NCBI GenBank assembly: GCA_963737905.1
Contig: CAVTUQ010000032.1
Coordinates: 21,096-85,095 of the forward strand
DNA: 64,000 nucleotides
DNA from: an uncultured delta proteobacterium
GTDB taxonomy: Bacteria > Desulfobacterota > Binatia > UBA9968
Direction: 5' to 3'
This document shows, piece by piece, positions 30,601 to 40,175 of this stretch. How positions within the stretch are numbered: position 1 is the stretch's first letter; each line of letters begins with the position of its first letter. Under the pieces are notes generated by a model. The model saw nothing but the letters and a program-made list of their open reading frames with translations, searched no databases and had not been told where the DNA came from. A program made the translations under genes and the position numbers.

Positions 30601-31302
30601 AAACTCTTCGACTTCCATACCGAAAGATACCGAACTGGTGAGCACGAGGGCGACCATGAACAAACCCGCTTCGATATAGCGCTGGGGCTTAACCCAATCA
30701 GCTTTCATGATTGGGCCGCGCCTAAATAATAAAATGATGAGCGGCACGATCATAAGGGTCGAAAGAGCGTTAGACAGGATACGCGCCCGCCACGCGTACC
30801 AGTAGTTTTGTTCCCACCCGCTAAGCACATAGAGATAGGCAGCGATGCTAGAGACGGCCACGGGCGCAAGAATGACGGCGCCCAAGGTAAAGACAACCAC
30901 GCCTCTAAAATTGTTAAAAAGCGGTGCTTCTTTGTTGAAGTAACGCACGCTGAAGGCGCCCAGTGATGCTTGACTAAAATTGCCGATGAGCTGGCTTACA
31001 ATCCCCCAACCCGGCACACCGTCTTGCAGTTGCAGGAAGACATGCACTGGAATAACTGCGAGCAGATAGATCCACCACTTTCGCAGTGGCACCAGGAGCA
31101 GCGCGGCGAGCAGGATAGCGGTGGGTGGCCAGAGGAGCGAAAGATGAGAGTCGGGAAATCGCAGTGCTTTGGCTACCCAAGCGCCAGCGAAATAGCCCGC
31201 GCAAACCAGCAACACCGGCTGAGCTTGAGACATAAGATCAGCCATGCGGCGCGCGGTTCCGTCTTTAAGGGAGTCTTCCGGTATCGCAAGCGATTCTGCC
31301 AT
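27631..31302 (-). CDS. Membrane-bound sigma54-dependent activator (MASE1-PAS-GAF-PAS-PAS-AAA+-HTH)
   Basis: N-terminal multi-TM MASE1 ([13 protein letters not shown]), three HP(D/E)D PAS folds, GAF, GAFTGA, Fis HTH. Confidence 0.94.
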   Translation of the reverse strand: MAESLAIPEDSLKDGTARRMADLMSQAQPVLLVCAGYFAGAWVAKALRFPDSHLSLLWPPTAILLAALLLVPLRKWWIYLLAVIPVHVFLQLQDGVPGWGIVSQLIGNFSQASLGAFSVRYFNKEAPLFNNFRGVVVFTLGAVILAPVAVSSIAAYLYVLSGWEQNYWYAWRARILSNALSTLMIVPLIILLFRRGPIMKADWVKPQRYIEAGLFMVALVLTSSVSFGMEVEEFLGIACPIILPLPVLLWSAVRFRLEGLCLSLLLVAYFAFKSTASGLGFFAMNAPVENVLSVQFYLIVTALPLMLLAVLTQERRDKEQTLRESEARYRALVMASSEMVWRANALGEGVFVTPSWQELTGQNENAMRGLGWLEAVHPDDRERTRRFWERAMVEKRTYQNELRVRARDGSQRHFYVHAVPILTPDGNIQEWVGANIDITERKQAEQALQDLVAGTAVIGEEFFPAYVRHVAGALEVHCAMVAEVTDEQNSGLRTLAAWVGQGWEKNYEYKVANAPCGQVMREGKLFYCRERVQERFPECSALEDLNAVSYMGAPLLNSAGRLIGSLCIIDNKPLEDERRARSILEIFAARAAAEIERKRAEDALRESEERLARAEQSSLVMLTHADLEGRWLKVPPTLCELLGYSAAELLGVSSKDITHPDDFEAGWRQCHRLIRGEIKSFDLEKRYVRKDGHIVWVYLNCSMVTDSKGNPVYFLGYIRDITDRKHAEQALRESEQALRDSEERLRLALRSGRMGVWDWDRRTNLCKWSKEYFLLMGLLPFSVEPSYHAWAKCLHPEDLPRAEAAVEAAITEKKEYRCEYRVVWPDGTIRWVVTRGEPIYDQDGQCTRVMGVLVDVTERKLAEEEIHRLKERLEAENVYLRREVSEAYRDREIIGRSEGILKVLRQVNQVAATDMTVLVLGETGTGKELVARAVHGQSERRDKPLVKVNCSALPGELIESELFGHEKGAFTGATGRQVGRFELADGGTIFLDEVGDLSLKLQAKLLRVLQEGEFERLGSGKTIKVDVRVIAATNRDLLQAVQRGRFRVDLYYRLNVYPIGLPPLRERRADIGLLAEVFLREASRRLGRLFDPIPAEVLETLQRYEWPGNIRELQNVIERAAVISVGRLLQLPEEWAVSFVAPSGKDMPEVRHAMESPPHAPTLEELERSHILQVLQQTRWRVEGPRGAAAILGLNPSTLRSRMQKLGIRRLDRLIDAALTRDI

Positions 31303-31502
31303 CTTTATCCCCTCTCGCTTTTCCGGTGTGCCATATCTCGGAGAATCTCTTTGACTAAAACGGAGTCTAATCCAATTCGTCCTCTCATCACAAGAGTGAG
31401 AAATTGGATGACTAGCAGAACCTATGACTTGGAGCGCTGCTGGCTAGTTTGGGATGGCTTTTATAATTTTTCCGCGCGGGATGTTTGCTGACGAATCGAC
31501 AA

Positions 31503-31889
31503 CTACACGGTGTCGGCTAGCCAGGCTACGGCAGGTTTTGAGTCGTGGAAGACGGCAATTTTGAGACCACGTTTCGCCAGACCTCGGGTCAGTGCAAGCA
31601 GCTCATCGTACTGCTCGATTTCCCGCGGGGATACAATGGCGACCTTGTTGGTAGAGGGCCATAGGTCCGGTTCCACTCCATCAACAAAGGCCTGGATATC
31701 GGCGTCTTCAACGTTGCTCACGGCATCTTGTAGATCGATTACGACTTTGCAGTCTCGGAGAGGCTGGGTTGCCGTCGCCACTTCCTGGAAAATCTGCTCG
31801 AATCCCTTTATATCCATCACGCCGCGGGTGATCATGACCAGGTGATTGCCTCTATCCGGCCAACTGAACAGCTTAATTTGAAAATCCAT
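31503..31889 (-). CDS. Small STAS/SpoIIAA-like protein, paralog 1
   Basis: MDFQIKLFSWP...VVIDL...KVAIVS...AVF.D..A..WL; GAGGA RBS. Confidence 0.7.
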   Translation of the reverse strand: MDFQIKLFSWPDRGNHLVMITRGVMDIKGFEQIFQEVATATQPLRDCKVVIDLQDAVSNVEDADIQAFVDGVEPDLWPSTNKVAIVSPREIEQYDELLALTRGLAKRGLKIAVFHDSKPAVAWLADTV

Positions 31890-31930
31890 TAACTTCCTCA
31901 AATCCGGGGAATGTAAGACCTTGAAGAATC

Positions 31931-31970
31931 TTTGTCTTGACATTGAACGACACAGTATTGACATCCGCGG
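31931..31970 (-). promoter_or_regulatory. Putative AraC site: two TTGACA 21 bp apart
   Basis: TTTGTCTTGACATTGAACGACACAGTATTGACATCCGCGG; near copy at 32544-32583. Confidence 0.7.
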
Positions 31971-32083
31971 CCGGATGGGGCTCGGACAAGCGGCGAGAAA
32001 TATGTGTTTGCGGGGACCAGGTCGACGCGTTATTAGCCCATCCTACGCGAGCGGCTCAAGGCGAAAACGTCAAGGCTACGTAG

Positions 32084-32527
32084 TCAATTCAGGACGGGCG
32101 CTTTCTTTTTCTGGGTCAGCCACTCGATGGCCCGAGGGATGTCGTAGAAGACGTCTGCTTCTAAACCCTGGTCCGAGAGGCAAACGCTGAGTAAAAACAG
32201 TTGATCAGACTGCTCGATCGCCGGCGCAGAGACTAAGGCAATTCCGCCGTGCAGAGGCCAGAGAAACGGCCTAAGTTCGTCAAACAGGCCATAGATATCA
32301 CGGTAAGTAAATCTGTAGCTGCCCTGACGCAAATCGATTAAGACCCCGCGACCCACGAGCATTCGGTTTATCTGCGCAGCGTCAAGAAAAATCTTCTTGA
32401 TTCCCTCGGCCTCGATGTGGCCGCGAGCAACAACGGTCACGTGATCCTCTCCGGTAACCGGCCAGCTAAAGAAACCCGCTTCGATATCCATGGTATTATT
32501 ATTTTGCTTATCCATATCTTCAAGCAT
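32084..32527 (-). CDS. Small STAS/SpoIIAA-like protein, paralog 2
   Basis: MDIEAGFFSWP...VLIDL...LWP...IALVS..IEQ.D.L...VF.D..AIEWL; aligns with paralog 1. Confidence 0.7.
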   Translation of the reverse strand: MLEDMDKQNNNTMDIEAGFFSWPVTGEDHVTVVARGHIEAEGIKKIFLDAAQINRMLVGRGVLIDLRQGSYRFTYRDIYGLFDELRPFLWPLHGGIALVSAPAIEQSDQLFLLSVCLSDQGLEADVFYDIPRAIEWLTQKKKAPVLN

Positions 32528-32543
32528 AAGGACTGGATAAGAA

Positions 32544-32583
32544 TTTGTCTTGACACTGAGCGACAGTCCATTGACAGCTGCGG
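32544..32583 (-). promoter_or_regulatory. Putative AraC site, second copy
   Basis: TTTGTCTTGACACTGAGCGACAGTCCATTGACAGCTGCGG. Confidence 0.7.
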
Positions 32584-32622
32584 TGATTTGGAGCTAAGAA
32601 AAAATGGGAGCTTGGAGGTCCT

Positions 32623-33639
32623 GTGCGAGCAAGACCGATGATCTCTATAGCCGCTACCGCGGGCCTCCTCGAGGCCATCGCAGCGGCAGGTGGAAATCCG
32701 GATCAGGTCCTTCAGGCCTGGGATCTGGATCGCTCGGTCTTTTCCAAGGCGGAGGGTTTTATCCCCTGTTCCGCCTTCGCTGGAATCCTAAAAGACGCAG
32801 CTCGGGCGACAGGCGATGATTGCTTCGGGTTACATTTCGGTGAGAGCTTTCACCCCAAAAATATCGGCCCGTTGGCCTATGTCGCGTTAAACTCCCCCAC
32901 GATCGGCGCCGGTATACAGAACGTTGAGCGTTACCTTCACGTCTACGACGCGTCGGCCAAGTGGTTCTTCACGACGGAAGGAAATCGCGGCTATATTCGC
33001 TATCTGTTAACCGACGTGGGCATCGAGCCGCTGCGACAAATCAACGAGCACGGCATGACGCTCGTCATTAACACACTCCGCATGATGGTGGGGAGCCAAT
33101 GGGCCCCGCTGGAAGTACAGTTTGCCCACGAGGCGCCTGAAGAGACGTCAGAGCACCATCGAATCTTTCGTGCCCCAGTGGTATTTGGCTGCGAGACCAA
33201 TGCCCTGGTCATCGAGCTTGGGTTCGCTGATCGAGAGGTCCCGGCCGCAGATCAACAATTGTACCAGATTATGAAGCAATACCTCGATCAAGTATTGAGC
33301 GATATGCCGCGGGAAGACGGCCTGCTCAGCTCGATTCGAAAGGCAATTGCAGAATCGATGCGGGATGGGGATCCGAAGTTGGCACGGGTCGCGAAAAAAA
33401 TGGCGATGGGTCCGCGCACGCTCCAACGGCGACTCAAGGAATATGGCTTTGACTTCAAGAAGCTGGTTGAAGACACCCGCCAACGTTTTGCCGTCAGCTA
33501 CCTCAAGGACCGGAAAAACTCTCTTACCGAGGTCGCTTTCCTGCTCGGCTACTCGGAGCTTAGCGCCTTCAACCGCGCATTCAAACGCTGGACCCGCTCG
33601 ACCCCTTTGAACTACCAGCGCAAGATGCTTATGCAATAG
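32623..33639 (+). CDS. AraC-family regulator (Arabinose_bd_2/OruR-VirS type)
   Basis: TGDDCFGLH, PRTLQRRL, VAFLLGYSELSAFNRAFKRW. Confidence 0.93.
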   Translation: MRARPMISIAATAGLLEAIAAAGGNPDQVLQAWDLDRSVFSKAEGFIPCSAFAGILKDAARATGDDCFGLHFGESFHPKNIGPLAYVALNSPTIGAGIQNVERYLHVYDASAKWFFTTEGNRGYIRYLLTDVGIEPLRQINEHGMTLVINTLRMMVGSQWAPLEVQFAHEAPEETSEHHRIFRAPVVFGCETNALVIELGFADREVPAADQQLYQIMKQYLDQVLSDMPREDGLLSSIRKAIAESMRDGDPKLARVAKKMAMGPRTLQRRLKEYGFDFKKLVEDTRQRFAVSYLKDRKNSLTEVAFLLGYSELSAFNRAFKRWTRSTPLNYQRKMLMQ

Positions 33640-33675
33640 TAGTATCGAATGCCATGTCAACGCACATTCAGGTTT

Positions 33676-35787
33676 TCAGGCTTTTGGCTGCTCCTGGTCG
33701 ACGTTCCCTTCATTGTTTTCACTTCCGTGGATATCTGCCGATCTCTTTTTATCCTTGATGCTGTCGATGCTTCTCACTTTCAGAATCGCTTGCAATGCGG
33801 GTCTGTCAACGACTTCCTTTTCCAGCAGTAGTCGGGCCAACTCTTCCAGTGCCGCTCGGCGAGAGATGAGGAGATCTCGAGCTCGGGTATGAGCTTCGGT
33901 GAGTATTTGTTTTACCTCTTCATCGATCAGCCGGGCAGTTTCCTCGCTGTACTCTTTGGAACTCTGAGTCGGCACCATCAGGAACGTGGCAGTCCTAGCT
34001 CCTTCTAAAGAGGCTAGGCCTAGTTTTTCACTCATGCCGAATTGGGTGATCATCGTTCTGGCAATCTCGGTCGCTCGCTGAAGGTCGTTCTGAGCGCCGG
34101 TTGAGATGTCCCCGCAGACGATCTCCTCCGCGACTCTTCCTCCCAGAAGGACGCAGATCCGCGCGAGTAGCTCGGAACGGGTCATGAGATAGCGATCTTC
34201 CGTCGGCAGTTGGCTTGTGTAACCCAAGGCGGCGATGCCCCTCGGGATAATAGAGATCTTGGAAACGGGATCAGCGCCAGGCACCAGCTCCGCCACAAGG
34301 GCGTGACCCGACTCATGGTAGGCGACGATCTTTTTCTCCTTGGGATTGATGACGTGGCTCTTCTTTTGTAGTCCCGCGACTACCCGTTCAATCGCCTCGT
34401 CGAATTCCGCCATCTCTATGGACTCCTTGTCCTGGCGCGCGGCCAGCAAAGCAGCCTCGTTGACGATGTTGGCTAGGTCCGCGCCGACGAAGCCCGGAGT
34501 CTTCGCTGCCACTATGGCGAGATCCAGATCAGGAGAGAGTTTCACTTTCTTCGCGTGCAGTTGGAGGATTTTCGTGCGTCCCTTGATATCGGGACGATCC
34601 ACCAGGATTTGCCGATCAAAACGGCCGGGCCGTAACAGGGCGGCGTCCAGGATCTCGGGGCGGTTGGTAGCGGCCATGATGATGACCCCCTGGTTCGGAT
34701 CAAACCCGTCCATCTCGGCTAAGAGCTGATTGAGGGTCTGCTCCCGCTCGTCGTTGCTGGAAAGCACGTTCACTCCCCGGGCCTTGCCTACGGCATCGAG
34801 CTCATCGATGAAGATGATGCTGGGGGCACTTTTCACGGCTTGAAGAAACAGGTCCCTGACCCGAGCCGCCCCGACTCCGACAAACATTTCGACAAAGTCG
34901 GAACCGGAAAGGCTGAAAAAGGGAACGCCGGCCTCACCGGCGACTGCGCGAGCAAGCAGTGTTTTCCCTGTGCCCGGCGGCCCCACGATCAAAACACCCT
35001 TGGGAATACGCCCGCCCAGTCTCTGATACTTTTCCGGATCCTTCAGGAATCCGACAATTTCAGCGACCTCTTCTTCGGCCTCGTCGATTCCCGCGACATC
35101 GGCAAATGTTACTCCCGTTGCCTTTTCAATGTAGACCTTTGCCTTGCTTTTACCGATCTGCATTAAGCCGCTGCCTGCCGACCCCAGCTTCTTGCCAAGA
35201 TAGCTCCACAGCAAAAAAAATAGCCCCACCGGAACCACCCAGGATAAAATGGTCGGAAGCCAATTGTTGGCTACCTCCCCTTTGAAGGGAACTTTTGCCG
35301 CTTCAAGTTCCGCAGTCAAGCCGGGATCCTCTACTCGCACCGTTTCAAACGGTAACAGTTTTTTGCCTTCAACGATTTCCGGAGGAATCTTTTTTACTTT
35401 CTCCGGCGTAAAAATTTCCTTAACGGCCGCTCCCTTCAAATTGCCATCAATGGTCGTCTCGCCGATTGCAAGATCGTTGACAAGGTCTTTTTTGAGTAGA
35501 GATTTGAATTGGCTGTAGCTGATGATCTCGACATGAGCCCTGATAAAGTAGTTTTGAATCATTAGGATAGTTAAAAAAACGAAAACGAAATACCCGATGG
35601 AAAGTTGCCGCCGTTTCTTTTCCATCGGTAGCTTGTTTTTCTTTCTCGCTTGGTAGTCAGTCCGCAGGTCGGTGAGGAATTTCTTTACAGACTCTCGTGG
35701 ACCGGCTTTCTGTGGCATTTTGTCGTCCTGCCGATTGGACAAGAGCGGAACTCTTCGGATTACAGAGCTATGAAATGGGATTCTCAT
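33676..35787 (-). CDS. ftsH: ATP-dependent zinc metalloprotease FtsH
   Basis: Two [39 protein letters not shown]; true start may be downstream. Confidence 0.96.
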   Translation of the reverse strand: MRIPFHSSVIRRVPLLSNRQDDKMPQKAGPRESVKKFLTDLRTDYQARKKNKLPMEKKRRQLSIGYFVFVFLTILMIQNYFIRAHVEIISYSQFKSLLKKDLVNDLAIGETTIDGNLKGAAVKEIFTPEKVKKIPPEIVEGKKLLPFETVRVEDPGLTAELEAAKVPFKGEVANNWLPTILSWVVPVGLFFLLWSYLGKKLGSAGSGLMQIGKSKAKVYIEKATGVTFADVAGIDEAEEEVAEIVGFLKDPEKYQRLGGRIPKGVLIVGPPGTGKTLLARAVAGEAGVPFFSLSGSDFVEMFVGVGAARVRDLFLQAVKSAPSIIFIDELDAVGKARGVNVLSSNDEREQTLNQLLAEMDGFDPNQGVIIMAATNRPEILDAALLRPGRFDRQILVDRPDIKGRTKILQLHAKKVKLSPDLDLAIVAAKTPGFVGADLANIVNEAALLAARQDKESIEMAEFDEAIERVVAGLQKKSHVINPKEKKIVAYHESGHALVAELVPGADPVSKISIIPRGIAALGYTSQLPTEDRYLMTRSELLARICVLLGGRVAEEIVCGDISTGAQNDLQRATEIARTMITQFGMSEKLGLASLEGARTATFLMVPTQSSKEYSEETARLIDEEVKQILTEAHTRARDLLISRRAALEELARLLLEKEVVDRPALQAILKVRSIDSIKDKKRSADIHGSENNEGNVDQEQPKA

Positions 35788-35957
35788 ATATTAGTCAGCT
35801 TTCTTTTATACCCGCTCCGCCGACCGCTGAGCAGGATGTTAATCAGCGCTAACGCTGCAGCAGCAACCAGCAACAGGTGAATCATTCCACCGGCGACCTG
35901 AGTGACCAAGCCCAAGACCCACAGACCAAGAAGAACAACGAAAACGGCCCAAGGCAT
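35784..35957 (-). CDS. lmo0937-family small membrane protein (57 aa)
   Basis: MPWAVFVVLLGLWVLGLVTQVAGGMIHLLLVAA...; GAGGTG RBS; TGA overlaps the ftsH ATG. Confidence 0.8.
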   Translation of the reverse strand: MPWAVFVVLLGLWVLGLVTQVAGGMIHLLLVAAAALALINILLSGRRSGYKRKLTNI

Positions 35958-35972
35958 AATTCACCTCAAGGT

Positions 35973-36476
35973 TCATATTGTTTCTGCTGCGTGCTGGTTA
36001 TCCTTAACCAGCCACCGCTCCCGCATGATCTTGTCCTGGATCCGCAGCAGCCCCTCGGTCAGGGCCTCGGGCCGGGGCGGGCACCCGGGAACATAAACGT
36101 CCACAGGAACGATTTTGTCTACGCCTTTGCAGACCGAGTAGGCGAGCTGAAAAAGTCCCCCACAGTTGGCGCAGCTCCCCATCGAGATGACGTATTTCGG
36201 ATCGGGCATCTGATCGTAAAGCAGCTTGGTCCGCTTGGCCATTTTGTAAGTCAGCGTCCCGGCCACGATCATCAGATCCGACTGGCGAGGCGTAGCCCGC
36301 GGGACAGCACCAAACCGATCGATATCGGCGCGCGGACCTCCCGTTTGCATCAGTTCGATAGCGCAACAGGCCAAACCAAACAACATGTACCACTGAGACG
36401 AAGCGCGCCCCCAATTAAGGAGATCATCAACTTTTGTCGTAAAAACGGTTTCGGGTAACTGGTTCAATAATGACGT
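35973..36476 (-). CDS. nuoB: Stand-alone NADH-quinone oxidoreductase subunit B
   Basis: [41 protein letters not shown]; SD points to ACG 36476, first standard start is TTG 36467. Confidence 0.92.
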   Translation of the reverse strand, partial: TSLLNQLPETVFTTKVDDLLNWGRASSQWYMLFGLACCAIELMQTGGPRADIDRFGAVPRATPRQSDLMIVAGTLTYKMAKRTKLLYDQMPDPKYVISMGSCANCGGLFQLAYSVCKGVDKIVPVDVYVPGCPPRPEALTEGLLRIQDKIMRERWLVKDNQHAAETI

Positions 36477-36510
36477 AAAAGCCTCCTAGTTCTCTTCGAT
36501 TTTCCATTTA

Positions 36511-36578
36511 AACGTACGCCGACTTCGGAAGGATTGCTGTCCAATATTGGACGATCACAGAAGAATTATCGCGAGGCC
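36511..36578 (-). promoter_or_regulatory. Box-B promoter A
   Basis: TGTCC AATATT GGACG at 36538-36553; minus-strand -10 TACGTT 21 bp away. Confidence 0.75.
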
Positions 36579-36586
36579 GTGATCTA

Positions 36587-36665
36587 CCTTGCGTGAACGC
36601 TCGTTCTACCTCACGCAAGATTCCGTCGGGCTGTCGCAGCCAAGCTCCACAATTTGATCCGCGCG
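36587..36665 (-). pseudogene. Degenerate copy of the phosphomannomutase 3' end
   Basis: CGTGAACGCTCGTTCTA.CTCACGCAAGATTCCGTCGGG... matches 41117-41196. Confidence 0.85.
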
Positions 36666-36690
36666 CTACGCACAATGCAGCACTCCATGT

Positions 36691-37665
36691 TCATCGAATC
36701 ACCCTATCCGCCCTCACCAGCACATTCGGCGGGATCGTCAGGCCGATCTCCTTCGCGGTTTTTAGATTGATGACGAGGTCAATCCTATCGACTCCCTCCA
36801 CCGGCAAGTCCTTGGGTTTAACACCAGTAAGAATGCGCTGGACATACTTCGCTGACAGGCGGCCAATTTCGTGGCGGCTCACGCTGTAGCTGGCGAGGCC
36901 TCCCTTGATGACAGAACTGGGGGTGACGAACATAGTCGGTAACCTCTTGGCCCTTGCCGTGTCGATGATCAGTTGAGTATGGACAACCGCGATCGCGTCC
37001 GACACTTCAAAGTAGGCATCCATTTCCCCGGCCTTAAGCGCTTGCACACCTGCCCGAAGTTCCTCGGCGGAAGCGATGTGCCGCTCGACAAACTGAAGTC
37101 CCATCTGTCCCGCAGTCTCTCGCACCAACTTGGCGGACTCACTGGCAACACGACTGCGGGGGTTATAGAACGTTACTACCCGATGAAGCTTCGGCACTAT
37201 CTCTTTAAAGATCTCCAGACGCTTCGTAGTAAGATCGGTGTCCCGGTAGAAGACGCCTGTAAGTCTTCCACCCGGTTTTGCGAAGCTCGCCACTAGCCCG
37301 ATATCAACCGGGTCGGCCCCAGCACAGAAAACGATGGGGATGTCTACCGTCGCCCGCTTTGTTGCTAGGGTGACTGAGGTTTGAGTTGTATATATCAGGT
37401 TGACTTTCTCTTCTTCGAGATTTTTGGCTGCCTCCTCCGCCGCCTTCGCATCGCCCTTGGTATCTCGAATTGCCAGAGTAAATTGCTTCCCCTCTTCAAA
37501 CCCCAGCTGCTTGAGACCGGCCCTGAGCCCGTCAATTACCTCGTACCATGCGCCGCCTGCAGTAACGACACCGACTCGGTAGACCTTTAGCTGCTGCGCC
37601 TCGGCGAGGTTCGGGTGCACCATCATTACAGCAACGAGCAGTGACAGACCTATTCCTGTTTTCAT
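36691..37665 (-). CDS. ABC transporter substrate-binding protein (ABC_sub_bind, Trp/Tyr type), no permease nearby
   Basis: DPVDIGLVASFAKPGGRLTG, KPKDLPVE, INLKTAKEIGLTIPPNVL.RADRVI. Confidence 0.9.
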   Translation of the reverse strand: MKTGIGLSLLVAVMMVHPNLAEAQQLKVYRVGVVTAGGAWYEVIDGLRAGLKQLGFEEGKQFTLAIRDTKGDAKAAEEAAKNLEEEKVNLIYTTQTSVTLATKRATVDIPIVFCAGADPVDIGLVASFAKPGGRLTGVFYRDTDLTTKRLEIFKEIVPKLHRVVTFYNPRSRVASESAKLVRETAGQMGLQFVERHIASAEELRAGVQALKAGEMDAYFEVSDAIAVVHTQLIIDTARAKRLPTMFVTPSSVIKGGLASYSVSRHEIGRLSAKYVQRILTGVKPKDLPVEGVDRIDLVINLKTAKEIGLTIPPNVLVRADRVIR

Positions 37666-37793
37666 TGTCTTTCCAAGATGCAAGGCGTAGTCCTACCGCG
37701 AACATTCTTCACGACCTTCCGAACCGTATCGATGGGGTGCGGTGTCACTGAGCAACGCTGAGTGGCCATAAATTTAGGCTCCTTTCCTCTCCG

Positions 37794-37857
37794 AACTTAC
37801 GCTGATTCGGAAGGATTGCTGTCTAGTATTGAACGACTCTGGAAAAAGATTTATCGG
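37794..37857 (-). promoter_or_regulatory. Box-B promoter B
   Basis: TGTCT AGTATT GAACG at 37820-37835; -10 TAAGTT 20 bp away. Confidence 0.7.
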
Positions 37858-37960
37858 CAGATATGCAGCCGATCCCGGAAGTCTTCAGAATGAACTGGAT
37901 AAGAGATTTGCTTGAACGGGGAGATTTCAGCCCCAACTCCGCTTTTTCCTTGCACCCTTG

Positions 37961-38455
37961 TTATGGGAATTGGCCTCGGACCAACGAACGATGGTTGCCT
38001 CTAACTCGCGAGAATTTCAACGTAACCATGTTGTCGCCAATGTCAATGCCGTCGCTTGCGCCAAGTGAAATTACTGAAGCCCAGGGGCCATTGATGGCCC
38101 GCAGACACGTATCGGGTCCCGGCTCCCCGGCATACATCGCTAGCAGTCGGTTCTTAGTCACGAAATCCACGATACGCTTCAGGTGTGTTGATGAGGGGTT
38201 CGGGCGCGGTAATCGAGATTGGCGTCTTGCGCTCGACTTGCTCGCACGAGCGTAGGGGCCGCCGCGATCGATTTGCCAGTACAGCAGAGAGAAGGTCAGC
38301 ACGTTGGCCACCCATATCGCGTTGGCGACCGACGGTTGGAGCGTGCTCGCGCCGATCATATCTGCCAGCTCCACGATTGTGTTGGCAACATAGACCACGG
38401 CAAGGAGTATGATCGTCGTTCGCTCGATGCGCAGCCACTTTCCTCCCCTTGACAC
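37961..38455 (-). pseudogene. Chimeric remnant including a DUF1345-like membrane fragment
   Basis: AIWVANVLTFSLLYWQIDRGGP followed by unrelated sequence. Confidence 0.5.
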
Positions 38456-38477
38456 GGTGAAACGCCGTGATTAAGTT
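38449..38477 (+). promoter_or_regulatory. Sigma70-type promoter of hsp20
   Basis: TTGACA-17 bp-TAAGTT. Confidence 0.65.
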
Positions 38478-38517
38478 CCCCACATCTAAACAAAAGCTTT
38501 AAAAAGGAGGGCTAATT

Positions 38518-38964
38518 ATGGAACTAGTAAGATGGGATCAAGTTGAGGGTGTAAACAGATTTCAGTCCCGAATCAACGAGCTATTCGAAGACACGTTCGG
38601 TCGGACACGGGCGCAACAGAGTGCCGCTACTGGAGTCTGGTATCCTCCCGTCGACATTCTTGAAAGTAAGGATTCGTATCTCATTCGCGCCGAGTTACCC
38701 GGAATGAGAATCGAGGACCTCAAAACGGAAGTGAACGAAGGGATATTGACACTGAGTGGCGAGAGAAAGTTTGAAGAGCCGGCCAATGGGGTCGAGTACC
38801 ACCGAGCCGAGCGGGTTGCAGGTAAATTTTCTCGATCCTTCTACCTGCCGCAAACAGTGAAACACGATGGCATCAAAGCAACCTATCGCGACGGAATACT
38901 TGAAGTAAAAGTTCCCAAAGCCGAAGAGGCCAAGCCAAGACAGATCGCTATAAGCCTGAACTGA
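38518..38964 (+). CDS. Hsp20/alpha-crystallin small heat-shock protein
   Basis: PPVDI.E, AELPG, ER..GKFSRSF.LP, A.YRDGIL.V..PK; AAGGAGG RBS. Confidence 0.95.
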   Translation: MELVRWDQVEGVNRFQSRINELFEDTFGRTRAQQSAATGVWYPPVDILESKDSYLIRAELPGMRIEDLKTEVNEGILTLSGERKFEEPANGVEYHRAERVAGKFSRSFYLPQTVKHDGIKATYRDGILEVKVPKAEEAKPRQIAISLN

Positions 38965-38990
38965 TTCATCGCAAAACCGTCAAACAGCAG

Positions 38991-39024
38991 GAAGGGGGAA
39001 AGCCAGGCGCTTCCCCCTTGGTTT
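38991..39024 (+). terminator. Probable intrinsic terminator after hsp20
   Basis: AAGGGGGAA..GC-loop-GCTTCCCCCTT hairpin with a weak T tail. Confidence 0.55.
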
Positions 39025-39045
39025 CTCGTAACGCCGCCAAAAACA

Positions 39046-39438
39046 ATGGATGAAGGGCGCATTTTTATAGATGCCGAAACGTTCAACGATCTGTCTAACA
39101 CCATCGGTGAGCTGATTAAGTACCTAGGATGGCTCAATGAACGAAAGGATTTGGAGGCGATCAATAAACTCAGCCCGATCGTTGGGCGAATGACGGATCT
39201 ATTTGTAGCCATCACCGAAGGGGCTTTCCCGCGAATATCCCATGCCGTTGATACTATCAATCAGGTTCGCGGCGAGATTAGTCAGAGGATTGCTCAAGCC
39301 AACACACCGGAGGAGATTGAGCAACTCTCTAAAGAGGTCGATAAGCTAGTGAGCGACTACCAGAAGCGCATAGATGAAGTTAAGGCAGAAACAAAGCGCT
39401 TGGAAAAACAGAGTCGCAAGCAGAGTCGGAAGCAGTGA
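39046..39438 (+). CDS. Hypothetical coiled-coil protein
   Basis: 130-aa amphipathic ORF. Confidence 0.6.
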   Translation: MDEGRIFIDAETFNDLSNTIGELIKYLGWLNERKDLEAINKLSPIVGRMTDLFVAITEGAFPRISHAVDTINQVRGEISQRIAQANTPEEIEQLSKEVDKLVSDYQKRIDEVKAETKRLEKQSRKQSRKQ

Positions 39439-39512
39439 GGGTTACCGGATCCAGCTGAACGAATTGTCTACATCTCAGACAGCATGCCCCGCCCAAGAGA
39501 TAGAGCAAAAAG

Positions 39513-39626
39513 ATGGATGAGTTAGCGCGGGAATACCGCGACACCCACGACCCGGAAATTCCAGAGGAGATTTACCAATTGAGCCGCGAGCTAGAAAAGA
39601 TGGAGAAGCCTGAAAGAAAAAATTAG
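39513..39626 (+). CDS. 37-aa protein MDELAREYRDTHDPEIPEEIYQLSRELEKMEKPERKN (5' end possibly frameshifted)
   Basis: Manual translation; similar to C-termini of both neighbours. Confidence 0.5.
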   Translation: MDELAREYRDTHDPEIPEEIYQLSRELEKMEKPERKN

Positions 39627-39648
39627 GGGCCGAGCGTTAACCCGTCTT

Positions 39649-40038
39649 TCAACTTGCCACGAACACCCACGGTTCACCGAGCTTGCCATATTCCTTAGCA
39701 AGAAGGTTGATTTCGTCATTTTCGTCATTCACTTTCATGTCGTGAGTCGCGGCGAAGTTCCGCGCCAAGGCGTCCATTTGCTTTCCAATAAGCTCTTTGA
39801 CCGATTCTCGAATGCGGGGGAAGATCGTGCAAAGCACTTGTTGCTGAGCCTCCAGTTCCCACCAGTGTTGTTGTCCATAACGTTGAACATGATAGCGGAA
39901 CTGCGAAATCAACCATTCCGGTTGAATGTGTGGCTCCAAAAAGGTCAAGGCTTCACGAACCTCCGGCGTGTCGATGTCTCTTTGCTTACATTCCAGTGTG
40001 GCGGATTCGAGGGTCGCAAGGGCTTCTAAGACGGTCAT
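39649..40038 (-). CDS. Hypothetical protein
   Basis: CAGGAG RBS; C-terminal MDALARNFAATHD module. Confidence 0.7.
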   Translation of the reverse strand: MTVLEALATLESATLECKQRDIDTPEVREALTFLEPHIQPEWLISQFRYHVQRYGQQHWWELEAQQQVLCTIFPRIRESVKELIGKQMDALARNFAATHDMKVNDENDEINLLAKEYGKLGEPWVFVAS

Positions 40039-40175
40039 AGTGCTCCTGGTATCACAGAACGCATCGTATCCACCAGCATCACCAGGCTGATAACCACCGG
40101 AATCAACAGAGTGCGTTGGTGGATTCCCAAATCAGTATTTCGCCGATGTTCACTACGGCGTACAACGACGACCCA

